Shown: one piece after another, positions 11,476 through 25,078 of the stretch | Numbering within the stretch: the first letter of the stretch is position 1 | Layout of the letters: each line of letters opens with the position of its first letter | Assembly: GCA_963514005.1 (NCBI GenBank) | Contig: OY740814.1 | Location: 15,810,001 to 15,874,000 of the forward strand | Source: Raja brachyura | Lineage: Eukaryota | Direction of reading: 5' to 3' | Length of the DNA: 64,000 nucleotides | Translations under genes and position numbers: made by a program | The notes under the pieces: model-generated | Database searches by the model: none | What the model was told of the DNA's origin: nothing | What the model saw: the letters and a program-made list of their open reading frames with translations, nothing else

Positions 11476-13021
11476 TAAGTGGTGGTCTTAGCATTATGTT
11501 TGGCACAGACACTGTGGACCAAAGGGCCTATTCCTGTGCTGTACTGTTCTATGTTTTATGCATGAAAAATGTTGCAACATAATGTACCAACTCTCATACT
11601 CAATGTCTTGTCCTATGCTGTAAATCCTATCCTATCCGCCTATATCGCCACTTTCAGTGAGCTATGGACTTTCACTGCAAGGTCTCTCTGTACATCATTG
11701 CCCCTAATCTCCCTGCCATTTACTCTATATATCCTGCCACGCGGTGAGTTCCCAATTGTATTACTTCATACTTGTTTGGATTCATTTCCAGCTGCCCCGC
11801 TCCATCTAACTATCCAGCTGATCTGTATCCCACTGTGCCCTTGGACAACCATCGTTGACTATGGTTCCACCAATTTTTGTGTCATGTGCATACTTACTAA
11901 TCACTATGTTCTCATTCAAGCCATTTTTATATAATATAAAGAACAAAGATCCCAGTAAAGTCCTTGTGGTACACTACTTGTACAGAGTTCCTGCTATAAA
12001 ACACTAATCCACCACAACCTTCTGTCTCCTAGCACCAATTTTGGATCAATTTTGCCAATATGCCTTCGAGTCCTATAAGTCTTAACCTATTGGATCAACA
12101 TACCATGCAAGACCTTGCCAAAAGCCATATTAAAGTCCATGTAAACTAAATCTACCACAATGTCTTCATCAATTGTCTTTGTTGCCTCTTACCACCTCAA
12201 AAAGTAAAATTTGTGAGACAGGATCTCCTCTTCACAAAACCACATTGGACTCCTAACCTTGGAATCTTCTCCAACAACTTTCCTGCTACTAATGTAAGCT
12301 CCAGACAATAGTTTCTTGGATTGTCCATACTGCCCCTTTGGAACAACATCCTCCAATCCTCTCGTACCTCACCAATGGCTAATAAATATACAATATATCT
12401 CTGTCAGAGTCTCTTTGTTAAAGTTCTCTCCTATAAACTTCAATTTTTCAATATCAATTCACTACTGTTGACATGTGATTCCCTTGATCAAACCTTCAAT
12501 ATCCTCTAAAGTTATCTAATCTTACCATCTTTGCTGTTTTACCTCTGCAGGAGCATGCTGACTCTCATCTTACTTATTCGATGCTGTTTTCGATCCTTCC
12601 CCTTTTAATGATCCTTCCATAAGCTAGGATACAGTTCTATTCCCCTCGACTCTGAAACTGATGCTCTGCAATGATAATTATATTTCTGCACTTTGTATCT
12701 TTCCCATCGCTCTACTCATTTACTTTTTGTTTGGCTTGATTGTATTTATGTATAGTGTTATCTGATTTGATATGATAGATGCAAAAGGAAGCTTTTCACT
12801 ATACGTTGATACACGTGACAAATAAACCAAAAACTAAATAAAAAATGGAAATAGAACTCCACCCACTAAACCCACATCAGACAAATGAAAACATTACGTT
12901 GGATATTGCAGGTCAGATCGAAATGGCAAAACTAAATGCATCATTTTTACTTATAACTGATAAAATGATATAAACCATGTCACCAGCTGGGATGTTGATC
13001 TTTCTGGAATTTTTAATACAG

Positions 13022-13119
13022 AAGGCAAGGTTTCAGAAAAGAAGAAATTAAGTGACAGGATTAAAGAGAAAGAGGAAAAAGAGAAGCAACTGAAGAAGAA
13101 AATCGCAGCTCTAAAAAAT
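13022..13119 (+). CDS. EIF3J: EIF3J exon 4 (EGKVSEKKKLSDRIKEKE...LKN)
   Basis: atacag acceptor, aat|gtaagt donor; matches human VKISEKKKIAEKIKEKE. Confidence 0.92.
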
Positions 13120-14361
13120 GTAAGTTGCTTCTATTCTTGGGGAAATTCCTGCGAGCATCTCTTCAGCCAGTAGAGGGCCCTTGCGGGGGAATTGAATTCC
13201 ATTATAAATTATAAATGTGACAGTGAAATGCTCTAGCATTCAGCATTGACCAAAATTCAGGACTAAACACAAAGCAGTCAGGATGTACACTTCTGCTGAA
13301 CCATCCCTTGAAAATTTGGAAATGCAAAAGGAGTTTTAACTGCAACAGTAAATATTCATTGTAATCTTATTGAAGAAGTAACAGGTGGCATTTGAGGAGA
13401 ATGGGTGGTTTGTTTTATCACATTTCTGCCAGTATTATTTTGTTTTACATTTGATTTTTATAAGGATGATATGTTATCTGACCTCAGGCAAACATCCCAC
13501 ATATTGATATTTATGTCAGACTTCAAAGTCACAACTCAATCCCTGTTTTAAGATCATTCATTGGCTCATTATATTTCTTTAAAATTTACTCTCACATTTT
13601 TAACACAGACGGTGAATGCAAACATGTTGCACCATTATCTCTGATGCTGGTGAACATGGGGATTTCTAATGGAACAATCCATTAAGGAGTGGCATGGTTT
13701 TTAACACAGCTGACTAGACATGCTCTCTTCTGCATTCATTCCTTGGAATATTTGGTATTCGGTTTGATTGGATCACTGTTTGGATAGGAGTTGTTGCACA
13801 AGGAGTTTTATGGTATTTTCATGAATTCCCTATCTCAATGAACCAAAAGCCCATATTCACCAATAAGGAAGATGATTCACCCCAAGAAAATTGGTACACA
13901 CCTTTCTGAGCCGCCTTTTCTAGTAGACTAGGAGTTACTGAATGTGAATTCAAATCACAGCGTGGCAGTTTGACAACTTGGTACAAATTCATTATAAAGC
14001 AGTTCTCAAAGTGACTGAGGGTAATGGATTGGTCCAAAACCTAGCTGATTTACTCGTGTTCTTTAGGATGTTGCCCAGTGTGGATCTGTATGCAACTCCA
14101 GCTCAACATCAACTTGGTTGACTCTTAACTGCCCCTGGCATAACATTGCATTGTTTAGACCTTAGGCAGTTCAGGAAGGTGGTCCATTTCCTCCTTAACC
14201 TAGTCAGGAATAGGCAATGTCATGAATTGAGAATAAATTAATATAGAATTTGTGAAATAATGAGGAATAGGAAAAGTAAAAATTTACAGGTGTGGTATTT
14301 TGATGTTACTGAGAGGTACTGTAGGCACGTCATACTGCAGCAGTCTAACATTTCTTTTAAG

Positions 14362-14476
14362 TCGTTAAAAGCGCAGGAACCATCAGAACTCTCGACAGAG
14401 GAACAACTAGCAGAGAAACTTCGACTAGCGAAGCTACAGGAGCAGGCAGACTTGGAAGTTGCGAAGGACACATTTG
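14362..14476 (+). CDS. EIF3J: EIF3J exon 5 (...EEQLAEKLRLAKLQEQADLEVAKDTF)
   Basis: tttcttttaag acceptor, g|gtaagc donor; conserved EEQLA.KLRL.KLQE..DLE.AK.TF. Confidence 0.93.
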
Positions 14477-15898
14477 GTAAGCTGGCAATGAATGTTCTTT
14501 AAATTAAATTCAGATACAGCATTATTTGGATAGTTTCTTGTTGATAGAGTATCCAATGTGATAGTGTGGCACTGCATGTGTGCCCAGCGTTTTCTGAAAT
14601 TATTGGGCTCTGATTTCAATTGATTTTCAGTAAATAGCTGCTAGAACTCCCCTGGGCACAATCACCTTGTTTTTCATGCTCTGTGGCAAGTGTTGTTAAC
14701 AGTTCCAGAAAGTGTGAGTCTGAAGGCCGTTTGATTTGTTTAACTGAGCTAAACGGACCAATAACTTCCCAACACTAATCCCTGGTCAACATGGAATTAA
14801 CTAATGTTAGCCAGGAATTAAGAGATTTTATCAATAGACTGTTGTTGAAATTAAGCCGACTACTTTGCAGTGGAAGTGCCTTACCTGTTTTCATTTGTGA
14901 CAGACCGATGTCTCTGGCGTGGCTGGGGTTTTCTGCCCATCCATAATTATCCCTGGGAATTTATGTGTGAGCTGCTGCCTTGAACTACTGCAATCCTTGT
15001 GGAGCTATTCTGATAGTGTTTCCCATATTTGATGGATGTGGAGGACTTTGTAGCTGAAGAGCAGCCCATAAAATGGAAAAATTAATTAACAAAGCCTTCC
15101 ACCTACTGAAGAGTGTTAGAAGGAACAGCTAATTGGCTGAGAACAGATTGTCCTGGTGGATCCCAGAACAGAAATTTACTCCCATCATCGTGATGATCGC
15201 TTGACATCCTTCCGCTGGCTCTCATGTTAATTGCACATTTAAATTTAAACTATGAAATAAATTTGGTAGGTTTTGGAATAAGGGACAGGGCGTGGAACTA
15301 TTTAAATGACTTTTAAAGAACTGGCACAGATGCAATGCATTGAATAGCCTCCTGAGGGGATGATGATCAAGAAATTTAGAGAAGCAATTTGGAGTAAAAC
15401 TTGGTGCAGTTCTGTTTTTTTGCTATAGATGGGGCTGAAACGCCACGGCTAAAGCTGCATGGATGTTTGAAGTCAGGACATTTTATTATTTCTGTTTACA
15501 CTTAGTCTTAGACTTGGACTTTTGAGTGGTTCAATATGCAGAAAAAAATATTTTCTATTGCTTTTACCTCATGTGAGTAATCCCATTTCATAAGCACAGC
15601 AGGATCTGCCCGTTCAGATTTTTCTGGTCCAGAATTATCTAGCTGCACTCCATTCAATCATTTAAGCATATTTTAAAAATAGAAGGCCTTGCCTTTAACA
15701 TTCAGTGTCGCACTTGCGTATGTCCAGAATAGTTAGCTGTTTTTCAGAATTAGTTTGTAGGTCTTTCTGAAAGATGAAGGATCACAGCACTTACAATAAA
15801 GCCTGGAACTTTTGCTACAGTTCTCGAATTGCTATTTAAATCCATTTTGAAAGTTTATTCAAATGCTGTGCAAATTCCAGTGTAGAGCGCTGCAGCTA

Positions 15899-16070
15899 CA
15901 GTGCCCTCCATAATGTTTGGGATAAAGACCCATCACTCATTTATTTGCCTCTGTACTCTACAATTTCAGATTTGTAATAGAAAAAAAATCAAGTGGTTAA
16001 AGTGCACGTTGTCAAATTTTATTAAAGGCCATTTTTATACATTTTGGTTTCACCATGTAGAAATTACAGC
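15899..16070 (+). mobile_element. Tc1-like transposon left-end fragment
   Basis: TA|cagtgccctccataatgtttggga terminus typical of Tc1 TIRs; no partner end seen. Confidence 0.55.
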
Positions 16071-17523
16071 AATTAATTGGGTGCATTGTCAGAATGTGAC
16101 ATGATTGGGTTAGCAATACTATTGGTGGAAAATATTACCAAAAGCTCCTGATTATTTTATGTTTTCCTTTCCATTCCAGATTGTTGGAAGGATATATAAA
16201 CATGTTTCAGCTATGATGGCCCAAGGTTTTGTGGCATTTCTAGAGTCCATGGGAGTGGACACCAAATGTTGGTGCCTTCCGAGTTGAAAATCATGAATAA
16301 GGGTTATCTGTGCTGTTAATATTTGTGCTGAGATGGTTTAAAAAAAAAAGACTGACGAGCTTTGCTGTGAAAATGAATGAGATCAGTGGGAAAATATTTT
16401 TATTGCTTTTAAATTAAAGCTTCAATCTAGACAGACATAAGAAAATTAAAAATAGAGGTTTAAAGTTCAGGAATTGAGGCCAGGTCATTTGCAGAAGAGG
16501 TAATATGGCCTTTGAGATTTCAGTAATCTCGCAACATTTCCGTGGGAATTGTGGGGAGCAAAGTGTATTGTACAAAGCTGGCCTTGATATTTGACAGCTA
16601 TACCAAGGAATGTCTAAAAGACAGTGGAAGGAATAATGGCAGCCAGATTAGTTCTTGAAATAAACTCTCTTCTTTGTAATTCTTTAAATTCCTGAAGTGA
16701 AAATATCACCTATTTTCATGTTATTGAACATTGGTTAATTCAGAAGGACAGTGAGCCACATTGTATGACTGGCGTGTGCTCACTTTGAGCTTTGCTTTAT
16801 GTAATATTACATTCTGGGCTCTTGTGCACCACCATAAGTAGTTCTACTGCTCCAAACTGATCTCCAATTTCAATGCTCACAGGTATAAACCATCTGGGCA
16901 ATCAGTTGATGGATTAATATTGGAAACTAATGGATGACTTAAGAGTTCAGAATTTAGCTTCATACTTATATTACACTGGTGGGAATTGGCCATTAGTTCC
17001 TACTCCAGTTTACCAGAAATTTTCAAAATGTAACAATAGGTGTTACATCAATACCCACTGCAAATGAAGATTAGCCAGTTCCAATCGTACAGTTGGCTGC
17101 ATCCAGATTCCTCTTTGAGACCGTTTTTTTTATTGTGCTCTAGATTGCATGTGGGAGGATTTTTTACATTATTTTGTTATGTGTTGTGGCTTGTAGGTTT
17201 GTGCCATTATTTCCCAGTGAGGGTTGAGGTCGTGTGCGGACAGTGGCTGGGAGGAGAATTGTGCTTTAGGAACGAAGCTCTGTGGTCAATTCCAGTCCTG
17301 GAATATTACATATGGTCAGGATAAATCTGGTCTTAAAGTAAGGAACTTTTACATAAAGGGAAACTCTGAAGTTACATTTGTTTTTTGAATCAAGTGTGTA
17401 GGACATTATTTGCTTCACTATTGAGTTTGTGATCCGGGGTAAACAACTTTATTAAATAGGGTACACAAAAGGCTGGAGAAACTCAGCGGGTGCAGCAGCA
17501 TCTAAGGAGCGAGGGAGATAGGC

Positions 17524-17551
17524 GACGTTTCGGGTCGAGACCCTTCTTCAG
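17524..17551 (-). ncRNA. minimal hammerhead ribozyme motif (intact core) in a short (~95 bp) element
   Basis: Identical 28-mer to 2560-2587; possible 7-bp TSD ttaaata (17452-17458, 17554-17560). Confidence 0.62.
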
Positions 17552-17899
17552 ACTTAAATATATAGGTTGGGACCTGGGGGACTCTTTTTCATGGACTTTA
17601 CATCTCCATTGATGATTTGATCCATGGCATCTGAGCCTCCGCTTGGCTCCTTTCCTGCTTGTTGCAGTGAGTGGTGTAAAGTACCCTTGAATTGAATTGA
17701 TTGTGGCTGAAGGTGCAAGACTTCAATGAGAGTGTCAATGATTAAATCAAGTGGTGCTGATAATCTTCAATTGATCTGAAAATATTGATGAAAAGCTGTA
17801 AAGATTAACTGCTCCACTTCATCTTGTCCTGCTCTTCATGAGGGCATATTTTAGAAGCCCTTCGATTAGGTTCTGCATGTGAGGCTTGCATTAAGATAA

Positions 17900-18725
17900 G
17901 AGCCCATGGTAGTAGAAGCAAGGTTCTATCATGCATAGAGATTATCAGTGGACTTTGCACTTTGGTAGAAGGAATAAAGATACAGATACTTTCTAAATGG
18001 TAAGAGGATTCAAAAATCGAAGGTGCAAATGGACTTGGGATTGCTGGTGCAGCATTCCCAAAAGGTTAATTTACAGGTTGAGTCTGTGATAAGGAAGGTA
18101 AATACAATGTCTGCATTTATTTTTAGGGGACTAGAATATAAACATATTGATGTAATGTCAAGGCTTTATCAGGTGCTGGTGAGGCCACATCTGGAATATT
18201 GTGAACAGTTTTGGGCTCCATATCAGAGAAAGGGTGAGCTGGCTTTGGAGAGGGTCCAAAGGAGGTGTACGAGAGTGATCCGGGGATGATCGAGTTAATG
18301 CAGACCGTTTGGAGCTGGGCCTGTACTCGCTTGAGTTTAGATGCAATGGGATCTCATTGAAACCTACCAGATAATGAAAGGCCTACATAGAGTGGACATG
18401 GACAGGATGTTTCCAGTAATGGGAAGGTCTAGAATCAGAGGGTGCAGCCTCTGAATAGAAGGATGTACCTTCAGCATAGAGATGAGGAATTTATTTAGCC
18501 ATAAGGCGGTGAATCTGTGTTTATTGCCACAGGTGTCTGTGGAGGCCTAGTCATTGGGTATTTTGAAAGCACAGGATAGATTCTTGATTAGCAAGGGTGT
18601 CAAAGGTTAAGGGGACAAAGCAGGAGAACGATACATCATTCTCCAGGGGGAAAAATACATCAGTCATGATTGAATGGCACAATAGACTGGCTGAATGGCC
18701 TAATTTTGCTTCTGTCTCATGGTCT
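17900..18725 (+). mobile_element. CR1-type LINE 3' fragment
   Basis: DLG.LV...LY..LVRPHLEYCEQFWAPY...LERVQRR. Confidence 0.85.
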
Positions 18726-19291
18726 TGTATCCTTGTCTCTCGGCTTCCTCATTGCTCATGGTTGTGTGAAGACGGAGAAAGATGTTGTTTTGGAATTGAC
18801 TAAGGAATATAATGTTGAAGCCTACAGAGCATTGAATACAAGGTGGAGAACGTGCTGCATCCTGTGATTGATGGCCACTTTGGGCACTGAAACATTCTTG
18901 TAATACTCCAGATAAATGTTACATGTCTTGCTGTCAGCTGCATCCTCCTTGCAAATAATTGATTTTTTTAATATGGCAAAATGTTTAATAATTTGTAATT
19001 AAGTGTTTTTTTGATTTGATGAAATGGTGAAGGCGTCTTATGAAGCAGAAAAATATTAAGAAATGTATGGAATGTCATTGTTTTGAGTTGGGATTGTAAC
19101 TGTTTCCAAGCAGTAATGCCAATATTGGGGTGTAGTCCAAAATAAAGACCTAGTTAATAATATGACTGATTCCTGCTCATTGTGAACCTAGTTTTGGTGC
19201 TGACTCTCCAAGGTTCCATATCATAATAAAATGTCCTCTAGTTGAATCTTCATCTTCCAAGCAATTTAGTAGAATATGTTTTTAGTAGAAA

Positions 19292-19564
19292 GAGTGGCAC
19301 AGCTGGTAGAGCTGCTGCTTCACAGTATCAGAGACCTGGTTCATTCCTGACCTCTGGCATTATGTGGAATCTCTCTATAGAGTGACCACGTGCATTTCCT
19401 CCAGGCGCTCAAATTCCCTTCCACATCCCAAAGACGAGTGTAGGTTAATTGGCTCCGTAAAATTGCCCTTAACGTGCAGGGAGTGGATAGTAGAACTAGT
19501 GTGCACGTACGTGCAGACTTGGTGGGCCAAGGAGCCTGTTCCATACTGTATATCTAAACTAAAC
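19292..19564 (+). mobile_element. V-SINE (HE1-like)
   Basis: tggcacagctggtagagctgctgc head, V-domain, LINE-derived tail ending ctaaactaaac. Confidence 0.7.
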
Positions 19565-20187
19565 AATATAGTAAATCTCCATGTCATGGGAAGAAAGATG
19601 AACTTGCATTCCTTTGAACTTGAGGAAGATCAGAGCAGTTTTCCTGAGCCCTGGCAAATATTTATCCACCAGCGAGCAACAGAAATAACACATTGATTTA
19701 TAAATTGTTGTTTTTGAGACTTTGCCCACTGGATGCTGTGCTCCACAAATAAACAATTGGCTGTAAATATTTTAGTACGTGCTGAAGCCATGATTGGTCT
19801 TGTCTCCTTTTTTCCTGCGCTAATGTGGGAGTTACACTGTAGCCCAGAATCAATGGAACTGAGAAACTTCTAATTTTTGTAGTTGAAGTATTGAAGCTAG
19901 GTAATCTGGGGACTGCCTTACACCTAAGGTATGTTGGGTGGAAAACCAAGAATTGTGAGGAGGACTGTGATAATGCATTACCTAGGGGGAGATGTATAAT
20001 CTAAGTGTCTTTGCTGCAGAACTTTGCCTCTCTACTGTATATCGCAAATTTTTGTCTTATTGATGACATTTACTGAATCACATGAAAGACTGTTTATGTT
20101 GTGAAGAGTGCATTGGGGTGTGAGGAACTGGAATTTTGAGACTTGTCCAAAGTAATAGAATTTTTGTTTCACATTACCTTCCTCCAG

Positions 20188-20352
20188 GCATGAACAGTGT
20201 AAAGCAGTTTGGAATTGACTCCATGTGCCCATCTACTAGAGAAGACTTTACAGAATTTGGGAAACTTTTGAAGGAAAAGATTACACAGTTTGAAAAATCT
20301 ATACATTATGTGGACTTCTTGGAAAACTTACTCACAGACATTAGCATTTCAT
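20188..20352 (+). CDS. EIF3J: EIF3J exon 6 (GIDSMCPSTREDFTEFGKLLKEKITQFEKS...)
   Basis: cctccag acceptor, t|gtaagt donor; strong match to the eIF3j core. Confidence 0.95.
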
Positions 20353-20724
20353 GTAAGTTGATTATGTGGGTGTAGACATTTTTGTTGGTTTATATATTTT
20401 GGTATTGTCAAAAATTAGTAATCATGCTGGCATGGTCTTCTAATAGTCTTGTAGGATTTCAGAGTCTAACATTGAGCTTTTGTGTTATCAAAAATTGATC
20501 CGCCTCCAAGGTACATTTGGACGTAATCTTCATACAGGATCCCTTGCATAATCAAACAGGGGAATTTTATTCTGTTCGTGTTTAGTTTATGCAGAGTCCA
20601 GAGGCATTTGTCTGATGGGTTCCATCTCCAGGGTAGTATTTTTGGGTGTTAAAATGTTGCTGTTTACTACTGGGCCCATGTGTGTTTGGGGTTGCAGGAG
20701 TTCAGCTCTGACTTTTTTTTTCAG

Positions 20725-20798
20725 TGGAAGCTGACGACTTGAAAAAGCTGAACAACTCTTTAACGTCACTGTGTTCTGAAAAACTTAAACAAGAAAAG
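20725..20798 (+). CDS. EIF3J: EIF3J exon 7 (LEADDLKKLNNSLTSLCSEKLKQEK)
   Basis: poly-T tract plus cag acceptor, aag|gtaaga donor. Confidence 0.95.
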
Positions 20799-21466
20799 GT
20801 AAGAAGATCCTCGGCATCTCAATTTTCCCCACCTCGTATTGGAGCCAAGAGGCGGATAAAATAATATTGAGTTTTTAAACGGAGGCACAGAGATTCTTAA
20901 CTCTGTTCAGGTCGCAATCAAAAAGTAGGTGTGGCTTAGTGTAGAGTCACCACTAAGTCAGAGAGATCAAGATAAACATCCTGCCAAACATTTTATCTTA
21001 AAATTCTGGTTGTTCCATATGCAATACTGAGAGAGTTCTGATATGTTGGAATTGCAATATTTTGGAAGAAACATTAACCCAAAGCTGGGCAACATTTCAC
21101 CTGTGAGATGTTTCCATCCAATTTACCTCTGTAAGTGACACATTACTCACTCTCACCATTCCCTTACCAACACTCACCCTGCATCCATAATATTGTTCAT
21201 GTGGGTGGCAAAGTTTGATCAGCAAAGTCTGCAGCCTATACCTTTGGAATATAAATGTTCATTCAGATAGATGCTGTGAGAGTACTTGCTTCCATCACCC
21301 ACTGGTGTCCACTCTGGGTGAAAACATTCTGCCTGGGATACCTGTGAAGCCTCTAATGCTTTACCCAAAATTTATGCCCTCTAGCTTTAACTTTATACCT
21401 GTAAGTAAATGATATTGTGCTGGTTTGTATAAATCCTGACTTATTTTGTATAAGTTTTAATGAGAT

Positions 21467-21989
21467 AATTTGAGGAAGGACATCCTTGTGATTGAGGTAG
21501 TGCAGCGTAGGTTCACGAGATTGATCCCTGGGATAGCGCGACTGTCATATGAGGAAAGATTGAAAAGACTAGGCTTGTATTCACTGTGGTTTAGAAGGAT
21601 GAGGGGGGATCTTATAGAAACATAAATTTATAAAAGAACTGGACAAGCTAGATGCAGGAAAAAATGTTCCCAATGTTGGGCAAGTCCGGAACCAGGGGCC
21701 ACAGTCTTAGAATAAAGGGGAGGCAATTTAAAACTTAGGTGAGAAAAAACTTTTTCACCCAGAGAGTTGTGAATTTGTGGAATTCCCTGCTACAGAGGGC
21801 AGTGAAGGCCAAATCACTGGATGGATTTAAGAGGGAGTTAGATAGAGCTCTAGGGGCTAGTGGAATCAAGGGATATTGGGAGAAGGCAGGCACGGATTAT
21901 TGATTGGGGACGATCAGCCATGATCACAATGAATGGCAGTGCTGGCTCGAAGGGCCGAATGGCCTCCTCCTGCACCTAATTTTCTATGT
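21467..21989 (+). mobile_element. CR1-type LINE 3' fragment
   Basis: [11 protein letters not shown]...[15 protein letters not shown]-type frame plus 3' UTR shared with 1-187. Confidence 0.85.
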
Positions 21990-22358
21990 CACAGAGAAAA
22001 AACTTAAAAGTAATACAAATTATTTTGGGGAGCATTATCACTAATACTGGTTCACTGACTTTTGTGAGCCATTACTTCTGAAGTAATTTTTCATGGTTTA
22101 CTATCAGTACCTGTACATCGAACTCTGAGCCTTTAGACCTGGAATGCCAATGTCCTTTAAGACTTGCTTAATTCGCAAAGCATTTGGCCACCTGTCCTTT
22201 GATTTGATGTTAGTATTTTGTTCAATAACAATCATATGAAGAACTTTGAGATTTTTTGATATTGAATGTACAGGTTGTTGTAGAAGATTTACACACAAAT
22301 AAACTCCTTTCAAATCTTCTGGTCAGGAAGGCTGACTATTTTTGTTTCAACCCTTTAG

Positions 22359-22475
22359 CAAACCAAAGCCAAGAAGAAGAAAAAGGCCCCTGTCCTCGCG
22401 GGTGGATTTAAGGCAAACCTGAGAGATGATCTTGATGACTATGATTACACGCAGGAGTACGATGACTTCATGTGA
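22359..22475 (+). CDS. EIF3J: EIF3J last coding exon (QTKAKKKKK...QEYDDFM*)
   Basis: ccctttag acceptor; TGA at 22473-22475; YDDFM C-terminus is diagnostic; spliced CDS is 726 nt. Confidence 0.95.
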   Translation, partial: QTKAKKKKKAPVLAGGFKANLRDDLDDYDYTQEYDDFM

Positions 22476-23129
22476 TCCTGTCCTCATAACCCAGGCTTCT
22501 TCCAGCATGTTTTTTGTAGACAACCTCCTGTTGCTGGTTTGTCCTTGAGCTGCACAGAACCCTTGCGTTGTTATGGAACTAGCCAGGACACTGGATGCCC
22601 CATAATAACATCAACAGGTTTTACTACTGGTACCATAATTACGCATCGTTACTGTCAGCGACAACACTCACATAGCACTGTGGAGAAAGTACCTGCATGG
22701 ATTTGGGGTGGGTGGGGAAGAGAGCTATATATTTGGAAAAAAATATGGAGCCTTGCAGTGTCAATGCCTCAGCATCTATATTGTGACCTGAACTGACCTA
22801 ATATCACGTTTATTGTGATACTGTAGAATTGCAGAGTCGGATTACTATTTTTAAAAGTTCTTAAATTTTGCCAGTGTTTTCTCTCTCAGAAACTAAAACA
22901 GTCCAACTAGAGAACCTGATTTTCTGACATTGTCTTTTGGTTTCCGAGTCAGTCTGCCTTAAGAGAACATGCCCTCTGAATTGGGCTAATAGGCAAGAGC
23001 CATGTGATCTCCCTATGGTGTTGCTTTTTTTGCCCCGCCCCCTTGGGAAACTGAAGACTTTAAAGAAAATAACATTTCCATTTACTCTCTTTGCTCTTCC
23101 ACCATCACTTTAAAATAATGATCTTTTCG

Positions 23130-23280
23130 TCAAATTGCTGTTTGTGGGAGCTTGCCGGTTACAGATTAACTGCTGCATTTCTTGCATTAAAACAGTGACT
23201 ACAAAGAGTACTTAATTGGCTGTAAAGCACCTTGTTCCATCCTGAGTTTGTGAGAGGTGCTAAATAAAAACCATGCTCTT
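23130..23280 (+). mobile_element. ancient Deu-domain SINE (SacSINE1/AmnSINE-like) 3' fragment in EIF3J 3' UTR region
   Basis: acagtgactac...gtacttaattggctgtaaagcac...tcctgag...gtgagaggtgcta resembles the DeuSINE tail; a related copy lies at about 52410-52630. Confidence 0.55.
23263..23268 (+). terminator. candidate EIF3J poly(A) signal AATAAA (proximal)
   Basis: AATAAA about 790 nt after the stop; usage not shown. Confidence 0.35.
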
Positions 23281-24249
23281 ATTTCAGGGGTAAAATATTG
23301 TGCGGCAGGGTTATGGGAGAGTTCACCCATTGGCCTAGGTGTTCTCACTTAATGTATGACTGGTGTGGACAAAATCTAGTTGCAACAACGCCCACTTTGC
23401 TGGCTTAGCTTGTGGCGATGAATGACTGACTGGTTGACAGACTGGACTGATGCCACTTTTTTAATGGGATTATACTTTGAAGTCTGGCTTTAGGCAAGTC
23501 GGGGAAACTTACTGAGCCTTGAATGTTTCAATGCTGCCTATTTAATTGGTCCTATCAGAGACCTGGCATTTGGCTTTAAGCATTTTTGTTGAAAGCATGA
23601 GATAGCAGAAAGAAGACCCATGTGAAAGGATTTTGAATCAAAGATGCTAACAATAGGGGAAATTACTCTTCATGCCAGCGACTTGCACTAATGGAACTGA
23701 ATGCAGAAACTTCAAGGAAAATGCTGCAGTGTGAAATGTGGCCTTTATTTTTACATATTCCACTCTAGAGTTGTGGGATAAACTCTCTTGCACGGTGTTG
23801 AAGGCATGTGCTGCTTACTAGCTGTAACTCTGGCCGGTCTTTTGTAATGGGTTGGAAGTGGGTATAAAGTGACATCAGTGCAGTAAATGTTCAGTTTATT
23901 CTTTTTAACTGCACTTTACATAGATTCTACAAATGATCATGAGGTGCTTTTGCAACCCAGTATAATTTCTTAGTAATGGGAAATTATGCATTATTTTCAA
24001 AATCCCGTGGTATTATTTTAATTAGCAATAGTTGCATTTTGCAGTCTTGAACACAAACAGCTAACAGTAGCTCTTGTATTGACCTCTCTACCTGTCCCAA
24101 ATTTATTATACGAAACATAACTTCCCACTATCCATTGAACAGTACAACAGATGAGTAATTTATTTTTACATTAATCTTATCTGTTGTTGATTAGTCAGGA
24201 AGGCTTTACTACATGTAAACATAATTGGACACTTGCTATGTTTCAGGAA

Positions 24250-24255
24250 AATAAA
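24250..24255 (+). terminator. candidate EIF3J poly(A) signal AATAAA (distal)
   Basis: AATAAA followed by T/GT-rich sequence (ttttctgcattgtttctcgtg). Confidence 0.45.
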
Positions 24256-25078
24256 TGAATATAATATCATTTTCTGCATTGTTTCTCGTGCCCTTCAGAA
24301 AATATAAACCAGACCTGGTTGTGATTTACAAAGATTGCAGCATACATTCCCATTTGTTATAACTTTTTTATTTAAAGGGGACTGCTTTTCTAATTTTACC
24401 CATCTTTGATTTCACTCCTGTGAGATCAGAATTGTACTATACTAGGATGGTTTTGCCTTATATATGGGATGTTAACTGCTAAATATTTACCTCCAGGAGA
24501 ACAAACAAGTGGTCATCCAAGACACTATATTGAAATATCATTCCTGCAAGGCTTGATCTGAAACTGCTAGTGATAACAGTATGGTTAAATGGCTATTCAG
24601 CCACCACAAGTCTGTACCAGCTGTAGGTAGGTCAATCCCATTTTCTTCCACTATACTACTTTCCTTGTATTCTGGTAAATTATAGTCTGTAAAAGCCTGC
24701 CTGACATCACCCTTGCAGGGGCTGTGTACAATTAAAGAAACCTTTCCCAACCATGCTTTACCTGTCACATAGAATTGGCAGCCCTATTCATTAAACATCC
24801 TGCTGGTTCAAGGTTCAAATCCCATGGGTCCTTCTGCCTGCCTTTGTTTCCAGACCCTAGCCTAGATATGTATAGATGAGATGGTGCTACTATGAGAGGT
24901 TTGTATTACTGTCATACAAGCTTTAGTAATCTTAAATCATGCATTCTGGCCAGGTGCTAGAAGTTGGTAATTATGGCTACTTTCTGAGTATTCAGTGCAG
25001 TTGTTACAGACCTGTGATGATGGTACAGACCAGTGAATGGATGCAGGCAGCAAAAAGATGTTAAAAAAATGTCATTGT

